DNA of 64,000 nucleotides from a virus (lineage: Duplodnaviria; Caudoviricetes). Below the pieces are notes generated by a model that did no database searches, was not told the DNA's origin, and saw only the letters and a program-made list of their open reading frames with translations. The stretch covers positions 1-64,000 of IMG/VR virus record IMGVR_UViG_3300005077_000012; one strand, 5' to 3'. The translations under genes and the position numbers were made by a program. Below, in pieces: positions 28,377 through 37,350 of the stretch (position 1 is its first letter; each line of letters starts with the position of its first letter).

Positions 28377-30727
28377 ATTCGCACCACCCGGGCAATGTTT
28401 TCAAGGGTCGGGTTGTCGTCGATATCGTAACACGAAAACCGCGCGATCTCCGTGGTCCCGTCCGGTCTATAGAAAATTAGCAGGTTCGGCGTCTGCAGGG
28501 ACCATGTCCCCAGCGACACATCGTACATATCATCTACCGCAGATACCACCGCAGTTAAAGACTCATCAATCGATCCGGCTGCAGGATCACCCCCGGACGG
28601 TGCCAGCTTCATCGAATCCCTGACCTCCTGAGTGAACCCGAACGCCGAAAGGGTCCGCACAGCCGCCGTCCACACCGCCGTAGCGATGTCCGCAACCAGC
28701 GTACCGAACCCGGTCAGGGTCCGGGTGCCCGCAGCCCACACATCCGCTGCCGTGATATTATTGAGCGCGTCCACCTTGTCCCGCACCTTGTTCAGGCTGT
28801 CCGTCTCGGCGTCGAAGCTCGCGCCGCCGTTGTCGTCTGCCAGTTTAGTGAGCATCCCGGACACGGTCGCGCTCCCGCCGTCTAACGCAACGGGAGTTCC
28901 TACGTTGGCCGCAATCGTTGATATAACTTTCGCTACCGTTCCCGCGTCTTGATGATTGTCCGCATAGATATCTGCCACGGCCATCGGTACGAACTGGTTG
29001 ACGACATTCAGCTCCCCGGGAACGCCGTCAACATTCGTCTTCGTAAATTCAGCAACATTGAGGAGTGTCCTTCCCGTCGCTCCGATAATGTTCCCGCTTC
29101 CCGTAAAAATGGCCGTCCCTTTCAACACGGTTGCCCCGAGGTTAACATTGACGGTATCCCCTGAAAAATACAGAACGGCCGCTGCATCATTAAAATTCTG
29201 AATGTCCGCCCACCCTGACAGCCCCATCATTGCAAAATTCCCGGCGCTGTTCTGAAAATCGATCACACCGTACGTCCCGGTCGTCGAAAAGATATTGCAG
29301 TTTGTTCCGGAAACTGCTGCGGCCGCTTTCTTCGTGATTGAGTCCCCGATCGTGCAGCTATCCATAGACCCGACAAAGTTCGTCATGCTATCAAGGTAAC
29401 AGGCCACCGTGTATATCCCTGTACTATTCACCTGCCCCGACAGGGTTAAGTTGGTAAACGTACATCCGTTCGCGCTTTGATTGTTCAAGTCCAGCGACGA
29501 CACGGAATAATTCTCACCCTCAAAGATATACCCGTCTACGGCTGCACCCAACGTTACATCGCCCATGATGTATATCTTGTTAAAGTTATATACAGCCGCA
29601 ATCGTCAGTGCATCCGTGATGTTGGACACCGGATAAAATTGAGTCCCGATCGGATATGCGGTTCCTGCGTTACCCGTGGATGTATTGATCCAGACCTTAC
29701 CGGAGAACCCCATCGTCGCAAGCGCGTGCCCGCCGGTACCGACAGTCGTATACTCCGTGAGCCCTGCGTTGAAGAAGGCGTCCGGGATTGTCTGGTTGAT
29801 GTACAGAGACGGCGTCCCGAGGATCGTCGGATCACCGAGACCCGCGAAGATGATGGTCCCTGCGGTTACTGACGACATAACAGTCGTGTTATGGTTCCCG
29901 GTTACCGCGATGTACCCGGACGGGTGCCCGAGGTTGCTGAATACGAATATCCCGTCGGCCTCAACGATCCCGACACCACTCACCACATTCATATCAAACG
30001 TGATTGGAGACGTCCCCTGCGCCTTACCATTTGCGCAGGCGAACTGCCCCGTCATCGCCATCGTAAATGCGCCGTATAACTTCGCGAACTCGGCGTGCAT
30101 ATTCAGTCCAGTAATTCCATTCAGCCAGCACCCGTACGTATAACAGAGACCAGTCCCCTGCGTCCCGGTCAGGGTCACATCCGTAAACATAGTCGCCGTT
30201 ACGTCCTGACCGCCGAGTGTAATTATGTTTGACTCCTTCGCTCCGACACCTTCAAACGAGTACCCCGCAACAGACTGTGCGAGTGTCAGCAAACCGTTCA
30301 GCCGGATAACCTTCGTATTGATCCGGGATGCGATCGTGATTGCATCGGCGAGATTGGATACAGGCTGGAAATCCGTACCCGTAGGATAGGCGGTCCCAGC
30401 AGTTCCACCTCCGGTTGTATCAAGGTGTACACCACCTTTGTACTTTGCCCGGTCCCAGCTCCAGTCCCACTCGATCCAGACGACCTGCCCATACGTCGTC
30501 CCGACGAACTTCGTCGAATACTGGTTGAGTCCATACGTCGGCGGGCTGGAGAACGCCACAGACCACTTCCACCGACCCGACGCTGCCGGGTCCTGAGTCG
30601 CAGTGCTCGATGATTGAGATACTGTCGCACCTGTGAGTCGGTTATACGTAGTAACCGTAACCCCCGCCTCATCAGTATCGAGAGACGCTTTGAGTACCGG
30701 AGTTATTGCAAGGTCAAAACTGATCAT
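28373..30727 (-). CDS. Virion structural protein with two beta-helix-like repeats
   Basis: 784 aa; duplicated G.AGTAYP.GT.F.PVSN..DA.TIA unit. Confidence 0.6.
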   Translation of the reverse strand: MISFDLAITPVLKASLDTDEAGVTVTTYNRLTGATVSQSSSTATQDPAASGRWKWSVAFSSPPTYGLNQYSTKFVGTTYGQVVWIEWDWSWDRAKYKGGVHLDTTGGGTAGTAYPTGTDFQPVSNLADAITIASRINTKVIRLNGLLTLAQSVAGYSFEGVGAKESNIITLGGQDVTATMFTDVTLTGTQGTGLCYTYGCWLNGITGLNMHAEFAKLYGAFTMAMTGQFACANGKAQGTSPITFDMNVVSGVGIVEADGIFVFSNLGHPSGYIAVTGNHNTTVMSSVTAGTIIFAGLGDPTILGTPSLYINQTIPDAFFNAGLTEYTTVGTGGHALATMGFSGKVWINTSTGNAGTAYPIGTQFYPVSNITDALTIAAVYNFNKIYIMGDVTLGAAVDGYIFEGENYSVSSLDLNNQSANGCTFTNLTLSGQVNSTGIYTVACYLDSMTNFVGSMDSCTIGDSITKKAAAAVSGTNCNIFSTTGTYGVIDFQNSAGNFAMMGLSGWADIQNFNDAAAVLYFSGDTVNVNLGATVLKGTAIFTGSGNIIGATGRTLLNVAEFTKTNVDGVPGELNVVNQFVPMAVADIYADNHQDAGTVAKVISTIAANVGTPVALDGGSATVSGMLTKLADDNGGASFDAETDSLNKVRDKVDALNNITAADVWAAGTRTLTGFGTLVADIATAVWTAAVRTLSAFGFTQEVRDSMKLAPSGGDPAAGSIDESLTAVVSAVDDMYDVSLGTWSLQTPNLLIFYRPDGTTEIARFSCYDIDDNPTLENIARVVRI

Positions 30728-32997
30728 TATTCATCCTCACTGCGTTCGTCGTTTATTAGCGTGAACTCTAACCGCTTCGGTTCCTGCACCTGAAGATCAA
30801 AAACCTTACTCTTCCACCCCGGCTTTGTAATCACGAACTTGAACGGGTTCAGGTCGACGTCATCGTCTGTATTGTACACCGTCACCAGTTTCTCAGAGCA
30901 CCACCCTAACGAGTCGGTAGTTGTGTTTACAACCTCAACCCCGTTCTTGTCATAGACTTTAATGCTGACGTTCGGAACAGCCACACCTTCAGGAGTTATC
31001 GCGTTCATGCTCAGTGACTTTTGATGGATGCAGGTAATCTGGGCGAGATATTGACCAAAACTCAGGCTGACATCACAGTCAATAAACGTCTTTGTCCCAC
31101 CTGCGGCAAACGCAAACATCCCCACGTCGTATGTAGAGTCGACCGTCTCAACATTACGTACCGTTGAGTCCCCACCACTGGCCAAGAAATACACTGACTC
31201 CTGCCGGATTTTATAGTTAATGTATATACCACTCCAGTCCAGTTCCATTGACGACACTGATATCCTCTGGTTGTTGACCCACGACCGATATACTTTACAC
31301 GCCTGTCGGTTGCTGAAAACGGGAAACCCGCCATAATCTAACGACGCTAACGATGCCGTCATAATATTACACGCACCACACTGTGTCCACGACGCGGCCG
31401 GGGCCGCAATCAAACTCCCCCCGTAAATGTTCATCAGGGAGTCTCTAAACTGAAACAAATCATCGAACAACCAGTTGCACCCGTTAAAATATAAACCCTG
31501 ATACACCCCAACGCCCGGGTCAACCCACCCAACGCCAGACTGAAAAATGGTTCCGTACGTCTTATCACCAGCCACGTATAAATTCTGACTGGTCACACGA
31601 TCTAAAACCGACAACGCGATCGTCTTCCCCGTCTGATCCGGCCTACCGACCATAACGTGAGCCCCGATGGAATACTTCCCGGACGACTTATCACAGAGCC
31701 CCCACGACTGCGCCGCATCCTCGATACAGATAGCATCTGCAATATTTTCATTGAGGATGAAAATATCAATATCATCCGCATGGCTCGCAGCAGTCGTCCC
31801 GAACATCCCCCGCTTGACCGTCAGATCGTCCTGAAGGGTAAAGGTGTGTGTCCCGGACCCGGACGGATGCGTGACCGCAACGTCATCCCCGCCCAGCGTT
31901 AAACTGACCGTAAAGTAATTGTTATCCTGCTTCTTCACGTAATAACCGACCCCGGTTGACAGCCCGGTCGGAAGCGTCCCGGTCGTCGTCAGCCGTATAA
32001 CCTGACCGGTCGACAACCCATGCCCGACCTTATACAAACGATTGGACGATGCCGTCGCGAACGTACTGGACACGCTTCCGTTCACTGCGGCCAAAATAAA
32101 TATCCATTCAGAGTCCAGCCTGATGTATCGGAGTGCAGGAAGTACCGAGTAATCGGTTACATACAGGGTCTCAACCGATGAAGAAATCGCCCCGGTCAGA
32201 TTAGCCGTGGAGTCCGCGTCATCAGTCCCGTCAACGACAATCGTGTCTTCCGTTGCCGTCGTGGGCGTCCCGTACAAAACAAAGAATCCGCCGTTATTCG
32301 TCGTACACTCGTCAAGTGCAGAAAATGATCCACTGACCACAAGTATCTGCGCCTGATATACGTCACCCATCTGAAACTGTATTCTGTACAACCACGTAAT
32401 AATTCCCGTGGCCGTAGCCGTAGCGTTTGTAACCAGATCACCGATGTGGATATACTCATATCCAATCCGAAAAACAAACCAGTGTGTATTCGTTCCGGTC
32501 GTGGTTATATCAACCTCAGCCCCCCCAGACGTTAGCGATACCTTGAATGTATCCGTATCAATATATTTGACGTAGTACGGAGTGCGTGTAACTAACGGTT
32601 CCGGAAGCGTTCCGTTCGTCGCCAGATAGATGATATCACCCTCAACCAGTTTATGCGCGGCAGACGTGATAATATTATCCGTCCCCGCAGTAAAGACTCG
32701 ATAGTCCCGGCTCCGGTAGAAACGCTGCGCACCACTACCCACTGCAGTGATATTGATATTCGTACCACCGGGAGTCAGCGCAAGGTAAAACGTATTTGCG
32801 TCAATCCGTTTGACGTAATAGCACGTCTCCATTGTAAGTGGTGTAGCCAACACCCCCGAGTTCGGATACACCATGATCGTATCGTTGTCTTCGAGGCCGT
32901 GAGCTGCGGACGTGAATATATCACTGGTCGCAACGGTATACGCCTTCCAGCAGGCCCACTCCTGATACGAGTTTAATTTTTCAAAGTTGAGTGCCAT
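30727..32997 (-). CDS. Virion structural protein with three HGL...YYVK...F repeats
   Basis: 756 aa; three ~60-aa repeats and a C-terminal carboxypeptidase-regulatory-like beta domain. Confidence 0.6.
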   Translation of the reverse strand: MALNFEKLNSYQEWACWKAYTVATSDIFTSAAHGLEDNDTIMVYPNSGVLATPLTMETCYYVKRIDANTFYLALTPGGTNINITAVGSGAQRFYRSRDYRVFTAGTDNIITSAAHKLVEGDIIYLATNGTLPEPLVTRTPYYVKYIDTDTFKVSLTSGGAEVDITTTGTNTHWFVFRIGYEYIHIGDLVTNATATATGIITWLYRIQFQMGDVYQAQILVVSGSFSALDECTTNNGGFFVLYGTPTTATEDTIVVDGTDDADSTANLTGAISSSVETLYVTDYSVLPALRYIRLDSEWIFILAAVNGSVSSTFATASSNRLYKVGHGLSTGQVIRLTTTGTLPTGLSTGVGYYVKKQDNNYFTVSLTLGGDDVAVTHPSGSGTHTFTLQDDLTVKRGMFGTTAASHADDIDIFILNENIADAICIEDAAQSWGLCDKSSGKYSIGAHVMVGRPDQTGKTIALSVLDRVTSQNLYVAGDKTYGTIFQSGVGWVDPGVGVYQGLYFNGCNWLFDDLFQFRDSLMNIYGGSLIAAPAASWTQCGACNIMTASLASLDYGGFPVFSNRQACKVYRSWVNNQRISVSSMELDWSGIYINYKIRQESVYFLASGGDSTVRNVETVDSTYDVGMFAFAAGGTKTFIDCDVSLSFGQYLAQITCIHQKSLSMNAITPEGVAVPNVSIKVYDKNGVEVVNTTTDSLGWCSEKLVTVYNTDDDVDLNPFKFVITKPGWKSKVFDLQVQEPKRLEFTLINDERSEDE

Positions 32998-33275
32998 TCC
33001 GTATAATCCATGTCGGGTAATTCAGTATGAACCTTCTTCGGTTTCATACTCTTGAACGCCTTCTTGATTTCCTTAACCGAGTCCTTGATCCTGCGATCGA
33101 GCTCCTTCATGTCTTCCTTTCCGCCGGACAGGTACCGCAGCAAGAACGCTTCATGCTGCGGACGGGGCTTCTTACCCTCAAACGCCCCGAACTGGTTCAT
33201 GTACGCCTGAGCCCGGAACTCGGTACATGGAAGTGTGAGCCGTCCGTCAGTGCCGGTGAGTGTGTACTGTTTCAT
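32973..33275 (-). CDS. Hypothetical protein
   Basis: In-operon ORF; ATG 33275 preferred over TTG 33302. Confidence 0.55.
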   Translation of the reverse strand: MKQYTLTGTDGRLTLPCTEFRAQAYMNQFGAFEGKKPRPQHEAFLLRYLSGGKEDMKELDRRIKDSVKEIKKAFKSMKPKKVHTELPDMDYTEWHSTLKN

Positions 33276-33347
33276 TTGCCCAAACCCCCACAATACAAAC
33301 AAACGTGCCCCATGATCGGACTACCACACTTCACGCACCGCTTCATG

Positions 33348-33530
33348 TTAACCCTTCGCATCGACCGGTTTTATCGGCGTGACCTTCTCCCCGGTCGGGA
33401 TCGGCCGTGCCAGCGTTGACAAAACGATATCCACGCCCTGCTTGTTCGCCAGCCCCCCCTGCTTCAGTGCGATATCGCACATCTGCGTTATGAGCCCCTT
33501 CACGTCGTCACTGATCTCGTACATAGCCAT
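33348..33530 (-). CDS. Hypothetical protein
   Basis: 60 aa, GAGAGG RBS. Confidence 0.55.
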   Translation of the reverse strand: MAMYEISDDVKGLITQMCDIALKQGGLANKQGVDIVLSTLARPIPTGEKVTPIKPVDAKG

Positions 33531-33548
33531 TGTAATAACCCTCTCTCG

Positions 33549-34127
33549 TTATTTTAAAATCCGTTGTGGTAAGTCTATCGTCTCGACCACGTTCGCAGCG
33601 AAGAACGCGTCAGATGATACAATGTTCAGATCAAACCCGTACGCTTCCATGATCGCGTCGTACAGAACCGGACGATCCGGGTACGCTCCGTCAAAGTCCC
33701 ACCCACCGAGCAGGTAGTGGAGCCTCGGGGTCTGATACTTGCGCAGCAGCTCCCCCAGAATATCCTTGATCGCTGGAGACCCGTCCTTCAGCTCGATAAA
33801 CAGGTACAGATCATACCCGCGATCCTCACATATCTCGCGCATCGGCCGCAGGTACTTCGACTCCAAATGTCCGTAGTGCAGCAGTGAGGTTGTGTACCAC
33901 GTTGCACCATGCGCCAGTACGATCTTCCCGGACAGGCTGAGTACCACGTCGACTTCCACGATCTGACACCCCGCTTCCAATGCCCCGTAGAGTGGAGCCC
34001 GGGATGAATAGTCGTTGTGACTGTGCCGGAGCACCGTCGGGTCGATATTGATTGTCACCCGATCCGGGTCCGGGGTGTTGCACCCTGCGAACAGGGCGAC
34101 CAGTATAATTATAATCAAGTACTTCAT
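33549..34127 (-). CDS. Lipoprotein, PLC-like/GDPD-like phosphodiesterase
   Basis: Signal MKYLIIIILVALFAG-C (lipobox); HSHNDY...GC..VEVDV...HG...LFIELK catalytic motifs. Confidence 0.7.
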   Translation of the reverse strand: MKYLIIIILVALFAGCNTPDPDRVTINIDPTVLRHSHNDYSSRAPLYGALEAGCQIVEVDVVLSLSGKIVLAHGATWYTTSLLHYGHLESKYLRPMREICEDRGYDLYLFIELKDGSPAIKDILGELLRKYQTPRLHYLLGGWDFDGAYPDRPVLYDAIMEAYGFDLNIVSSDAFFAANVVETIDLPQRILK

Positions 34128-34128
34128 G

Positions 34129-35190
34129 TTATTTCTTCTCCAACGCTTCAATGCGTTTGTTCTGTGCGATGATTATATCATTTAGTTCTTTTATAGCATT
34201 TGAGAAAACTGGAAGAAGGGAATGGTACGCAAGGGTCTTATCTCCATTTTGCATCTGCCCAACGGCCTCTGGTATAACAGCTTCAACTCCCTGTGCGGTA
34301 TATCCCATATATATCCCTACGGAATCATATTTCGTCGCAGATTTCCACTTCCATTTTTTACCCACAAGCGAAAGAACCTCATTTAATCCGTATTCGACAT
34401 CTCCCTGTATATCTTTCAATTTTTCATCGGAACTTGCCGTTATATTACCACTGCCATCTGTAACCAAAGTACCAGCACCATAAGCGGGAAATCGAATTGC
34501 TCCGGCAGAACTGACAATAACTCTGGATGAACCGTTTGTATATATTTCAAAATATCTCGACCCCGGAACAGCAATCGAGGAAGCAGTATTATTTCCCGCA
34601 AGCTCGCAAACTTTAGTGTCTCCTGTACATAAGTCAAGAATCCCTCCGCTTGTTCCATTGATTGTAAGCGATGTGTATCCGGAAGTGGCTTGGGGGGTTA
34701 CTGTACCTATCCCGACATTGCCAGCGGATGTGATACGCATTTTTTCAGTATCAGACCAGTTTGTTAACGTCCAGAAAGACATATAACTATTGTTGAGATT
34801 TCCTTCAGATTCTATTCCAGCTTTTATTGCACCTTGCATTACACCACATTTCGAGAAATACATCGCAACGGTGTCGGTTACTGGATACACACCCGAACTG
34901 GTTGCGGTATTTTCTATGTTTAATCCAGTAAACTGACCTGTAACTGATTTTTTAATGTCAAGAAGATACCCCGGACTCGTCGTACCTATTCCGACATATC
35001 CTGAATTCAATATCCGCATCGCTTCAGTAGCGCCGTTGTTACCAGTCTGGAATATGATATCAGCACCAGTCGTACCAACTCCTGAAGTGGTTTTGAGTAT
35101 CAGTTGAGAAGTCGTTGTCGTTCCACCTAATAGAGTAAGTGATGATCCGGACACTGGTTGAACTGTATTGACTTTAAGTATGGATGACAT
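34129..35190 (-). CDS. Fibre protein with C-terminal S74 intramolecular chaperone
   Basis: GNVGIGT repeats; SSDEKLKDI...G.TAQ.VE.VIPE.V...Y..L...L.NAIKEL; AT-rich. Confidence 0.8.
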   Translation of the reverse strand: MSSILKVNTVQPVSGSSLTLLGGTTTTSQLILKTTSGVGTTGADIIFQTGNNGATEAMRILNSGYVGIGTTSPGYLLDIKKSVTGQFTGLNIENTATSSGVYPVTDTVAMYFSKCGVMQGAIKAGIESEGNLNNSYMSFWTLTNWSDTEKMRITSAGNVGIGTVTPQATSGYTSLTINGTSGGILDLCTGDTKVCELAGNNTASSIAVPGSRYFEIYTNGSSRVIVSSAGAIRFPAYGAGTLVTDGSGNITASSDEKLKDIQGDVEYGLNEVLSLVGKKWKWKSATKYDSVGIYMGYTAQGVEAVIPEAVGQMQNGDKTLAYHSLLPVFSNAIKELNDIIIAQNKRIEALEKK

Positions 35191-35194
35191 TTAT

Positions 35195-35902
35195 CTATTC
35201 CTCATAGAATATAGTAATTATAAATGATTGACTTAATATATTTCCACTTTCTGTCGGATGAAGGGTTACTACGATATTTGTTGCACTATAGGTTACTCTC
35301 CATCGATACTCCGCTGTAAATTCGCCTAATGAAACATATTCAGAAGCAGCGGTACTATAAACGTGTCCTGTTACAGATATAATTTTTGAAGCTGTTAATC
35401 CATGAGCAATTTGAACATATCCCCCTTCTGCTTCTGCTGTTGTTCCGGTTAATCTTTTCATCTTTATTTTTGGAACAGTTGAATCAACTCCCCCTAATTG
35501 AGTATATCCATTGACAGATAGTGTAGTTGCCGGACTCGTTGTACCTATCCCGACATTACCCCCGGCCCCATTTAAAATCAGATTATTCGATGACATACCC
35601 CCTGCATCAATAACCTGCAATCCCCAATATGTATCTCCAGACGTAGCCCCAGAAGATACGACCAGTGCGGACCCAGTGCTTGACGTTACCCAATCCGTAT
35701 TGAGGAGTGCCAACGCATCCGACATTCCAGATGCGTTCTTAACCACCAACGTACTCGGCGCAGTTGTCGCATTCGTTACACCGATCCCTAACCTCTGATT
35801 GGCAGTATCAATAACCAGAGTAGTCAATGTCTCCAGATTATTTTTAACAGACAGTATGTCTCCCGTTACTGGTGATATGGTTAGTGTTCTGAGTGTACTC
35901 AT
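35195..35902 (-). CDS. Fibre protein
   Basis: RLGIG and GNVGIGT repeats, C-terminal HGL...KIISV domain; AT-rich. Confidence 0.7.
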   Translation of the reverse strand: MSTLRTLTISPVTGDILSVKNNLETLTTLVIDTANQRLGIGVTNATTAPSTLVVKNASGMSDALALLNTDWVTSSTGSALVVSSGATSGDTYWGLQVIDAGGMSSNNLILNGAGGNVGIGTTSPATTLSVNGYTQLGGVDSTVPKIKMKRLTGTTAEAEGGYVQIAHGLTASKIISVTGHVYSTAASEYVSLGEFTAEYRWRVTYSATNIVVTLHPTESGNILSQSFIITIFYEE

Positions 35903-37350
35903 GGTTTGACCTTTTTGAGATTATCTACATCTGTTATCAAATCTTCAATGCGTTTGTTTTGTGCTTCGATTGTTATATTGAGTTCTTTGATTGCATTGAC
36001 CAAAACAGCGGATAATTTATTATAATCAAGCGATAAAGTCCCATCGTTATTCACACCAACTACCTCTGGAATTATGTTCTGTATTGACTGAGCGGTAAAT
36101 CCAATTTCTCTTTGTTCACCCAGATGAGATTTTATTTGTGTCTTTATTTTCGTTATTTCATCTTCAACTTCTTCTTCTTTCCAATTAAACGATATTGGCG
36201 ACATCAATAATACTTCAGATAAACCATAAGATAGTGGGCTTATATTTGTTTTTAATCTCTCGTCTGATGAACTATTTGTTAGAATACCACCTGCGTCTGA
36301 ATATACTGCTCTATTTCCTGTCCCTCCCAATTCTCCAAAAGTCGCTCTGTATGAAATTATTTGTACATTATTTCCATATTGCTGAAAACCACCACTTACG
36401 GCAGTACCTTGTGCTTCGATTATATAAGAACTCGCATTCACTCCGTTAAATTCTGCACCACCAACAACTTCTAATTTACTACTCGGACTATCCGTACCTA
36501 TACCGACATTGCCAGCGGAAGTGATTCTCATTTTTTCAGTAAGTGACCCTGTAGTTCTTGTATAAATTACTATATATCCACTCTCAGACCCAGCAGTGTT
36601 TGTTGTTACACACCCTGATACGAATCCATACTCTGTTCTGGCATTTGACGAATTATTTAAAAAAAATGGTAGTTTAACGCCGTATCCTGAACCGTTACCT
36701 GCTCGGTATAAAGATATAGCATCATCGGTTGCATCACTTGTTGTTTGTAATTCAAGTTTAGTGTTTGGACTCGCCGTACCTATCCCGACATTGCCAGATT
36801 TATCAATAACCATTCGATCAGTAGTAGTCGCCGCACCATCGGCTGTCGTCGCAAATATCAATTTCCCCGGTATATCGTTTGTGCCGGTTGCACCATCGAC
36901 TACTGCGTATATTGCCGCTCCTCCAATATAATTGGCTCCGTCTGCACCGCTGAATCCAATCCATCCAAGATAATCACCGGACTCAACTTTAGTCTTCGAC
37001 CCGATCGTGGTTCCTCTCGATCGTGTTAAAATCAACGATCCTACGCTATAATTTGGACTGGATGCGTTATGAGATAGTTGCGCGAGGACACTGTACCACT
37101 CAAAAGCAGTTTCAACTTGTAACGGAACAGTAGGAACTGACGTACCGATCCCGACATACCCTGAATTCAATATCCGCATTGCTTCGGTCGCACCGGCATT
37201 ACCCACCTTCAGGATAATGTCCGCCCCGGTCGTCCCGACGCCCGCTGTCGACTGGAGTATGAGCTGTGAGGTTGTCTGGTCCCCACCGACCAGACTCAAT
37301 GACGCAGCCCCGGCGAGGGACTGGACTTTATTGGTATTCAATGTACTCAT
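35899..37350 (-). CDS. Fibre protein with C-terminal S74 intramolecular chaperone
   Basis: Three VGIGT repeats; SSDERLKTNI...GFTAQ..Q..IPEVV...LDYNKL..VLVNAIKEL. Confidence 0.8.
   Translation of the reverse strand: MSTLNTNKVQSLAGAASLSLVGGDQTTSQLILQSTAGVGTTGADIILKVGNAGATEAMRILNSGYVGIGTSVPTVPLQVETAFEWYSVLAQLSHNASSPNYSVGSLILTRSRGTTIGSKTKVESGDYLGWIGFSGADGANYIGGAAIYAVVDGATGTNDIPGKLIFATTADGAATTTDRMVIDKSGNVGIGTASPNTKLELQTTSDATDDAISLYRAGNGSGYGVKLPFFLNNSSNARTEYGFVSGCVTTNTAGSESGYIVIYTRTTGSLTEKMRITSAGNVGIGTDSPSSKLEVVGGAEFNGVNASSYIIEAQGTAVSGGFQQYGNNVQIISYRATFGELGGTGNRAVYSDAGGILTNSSSDERLKTNISPLSYGLSEVLLMSPISFNWKEEEVEDEITKIKTQIKSHLGEQREIGFTAQSIQNIIPEVVGVNNDGTLSLDYNKLSAVLVNAIKELNITIEAQNKRIEDLITDVDNLKKVKP

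Noticed and set aside
28201-28404. 67-aa ORF from the track
   Set aside because: It overlaps the 784-aa gene end; the alternative-frame 59-aa ORF with ATGA coupling fits better
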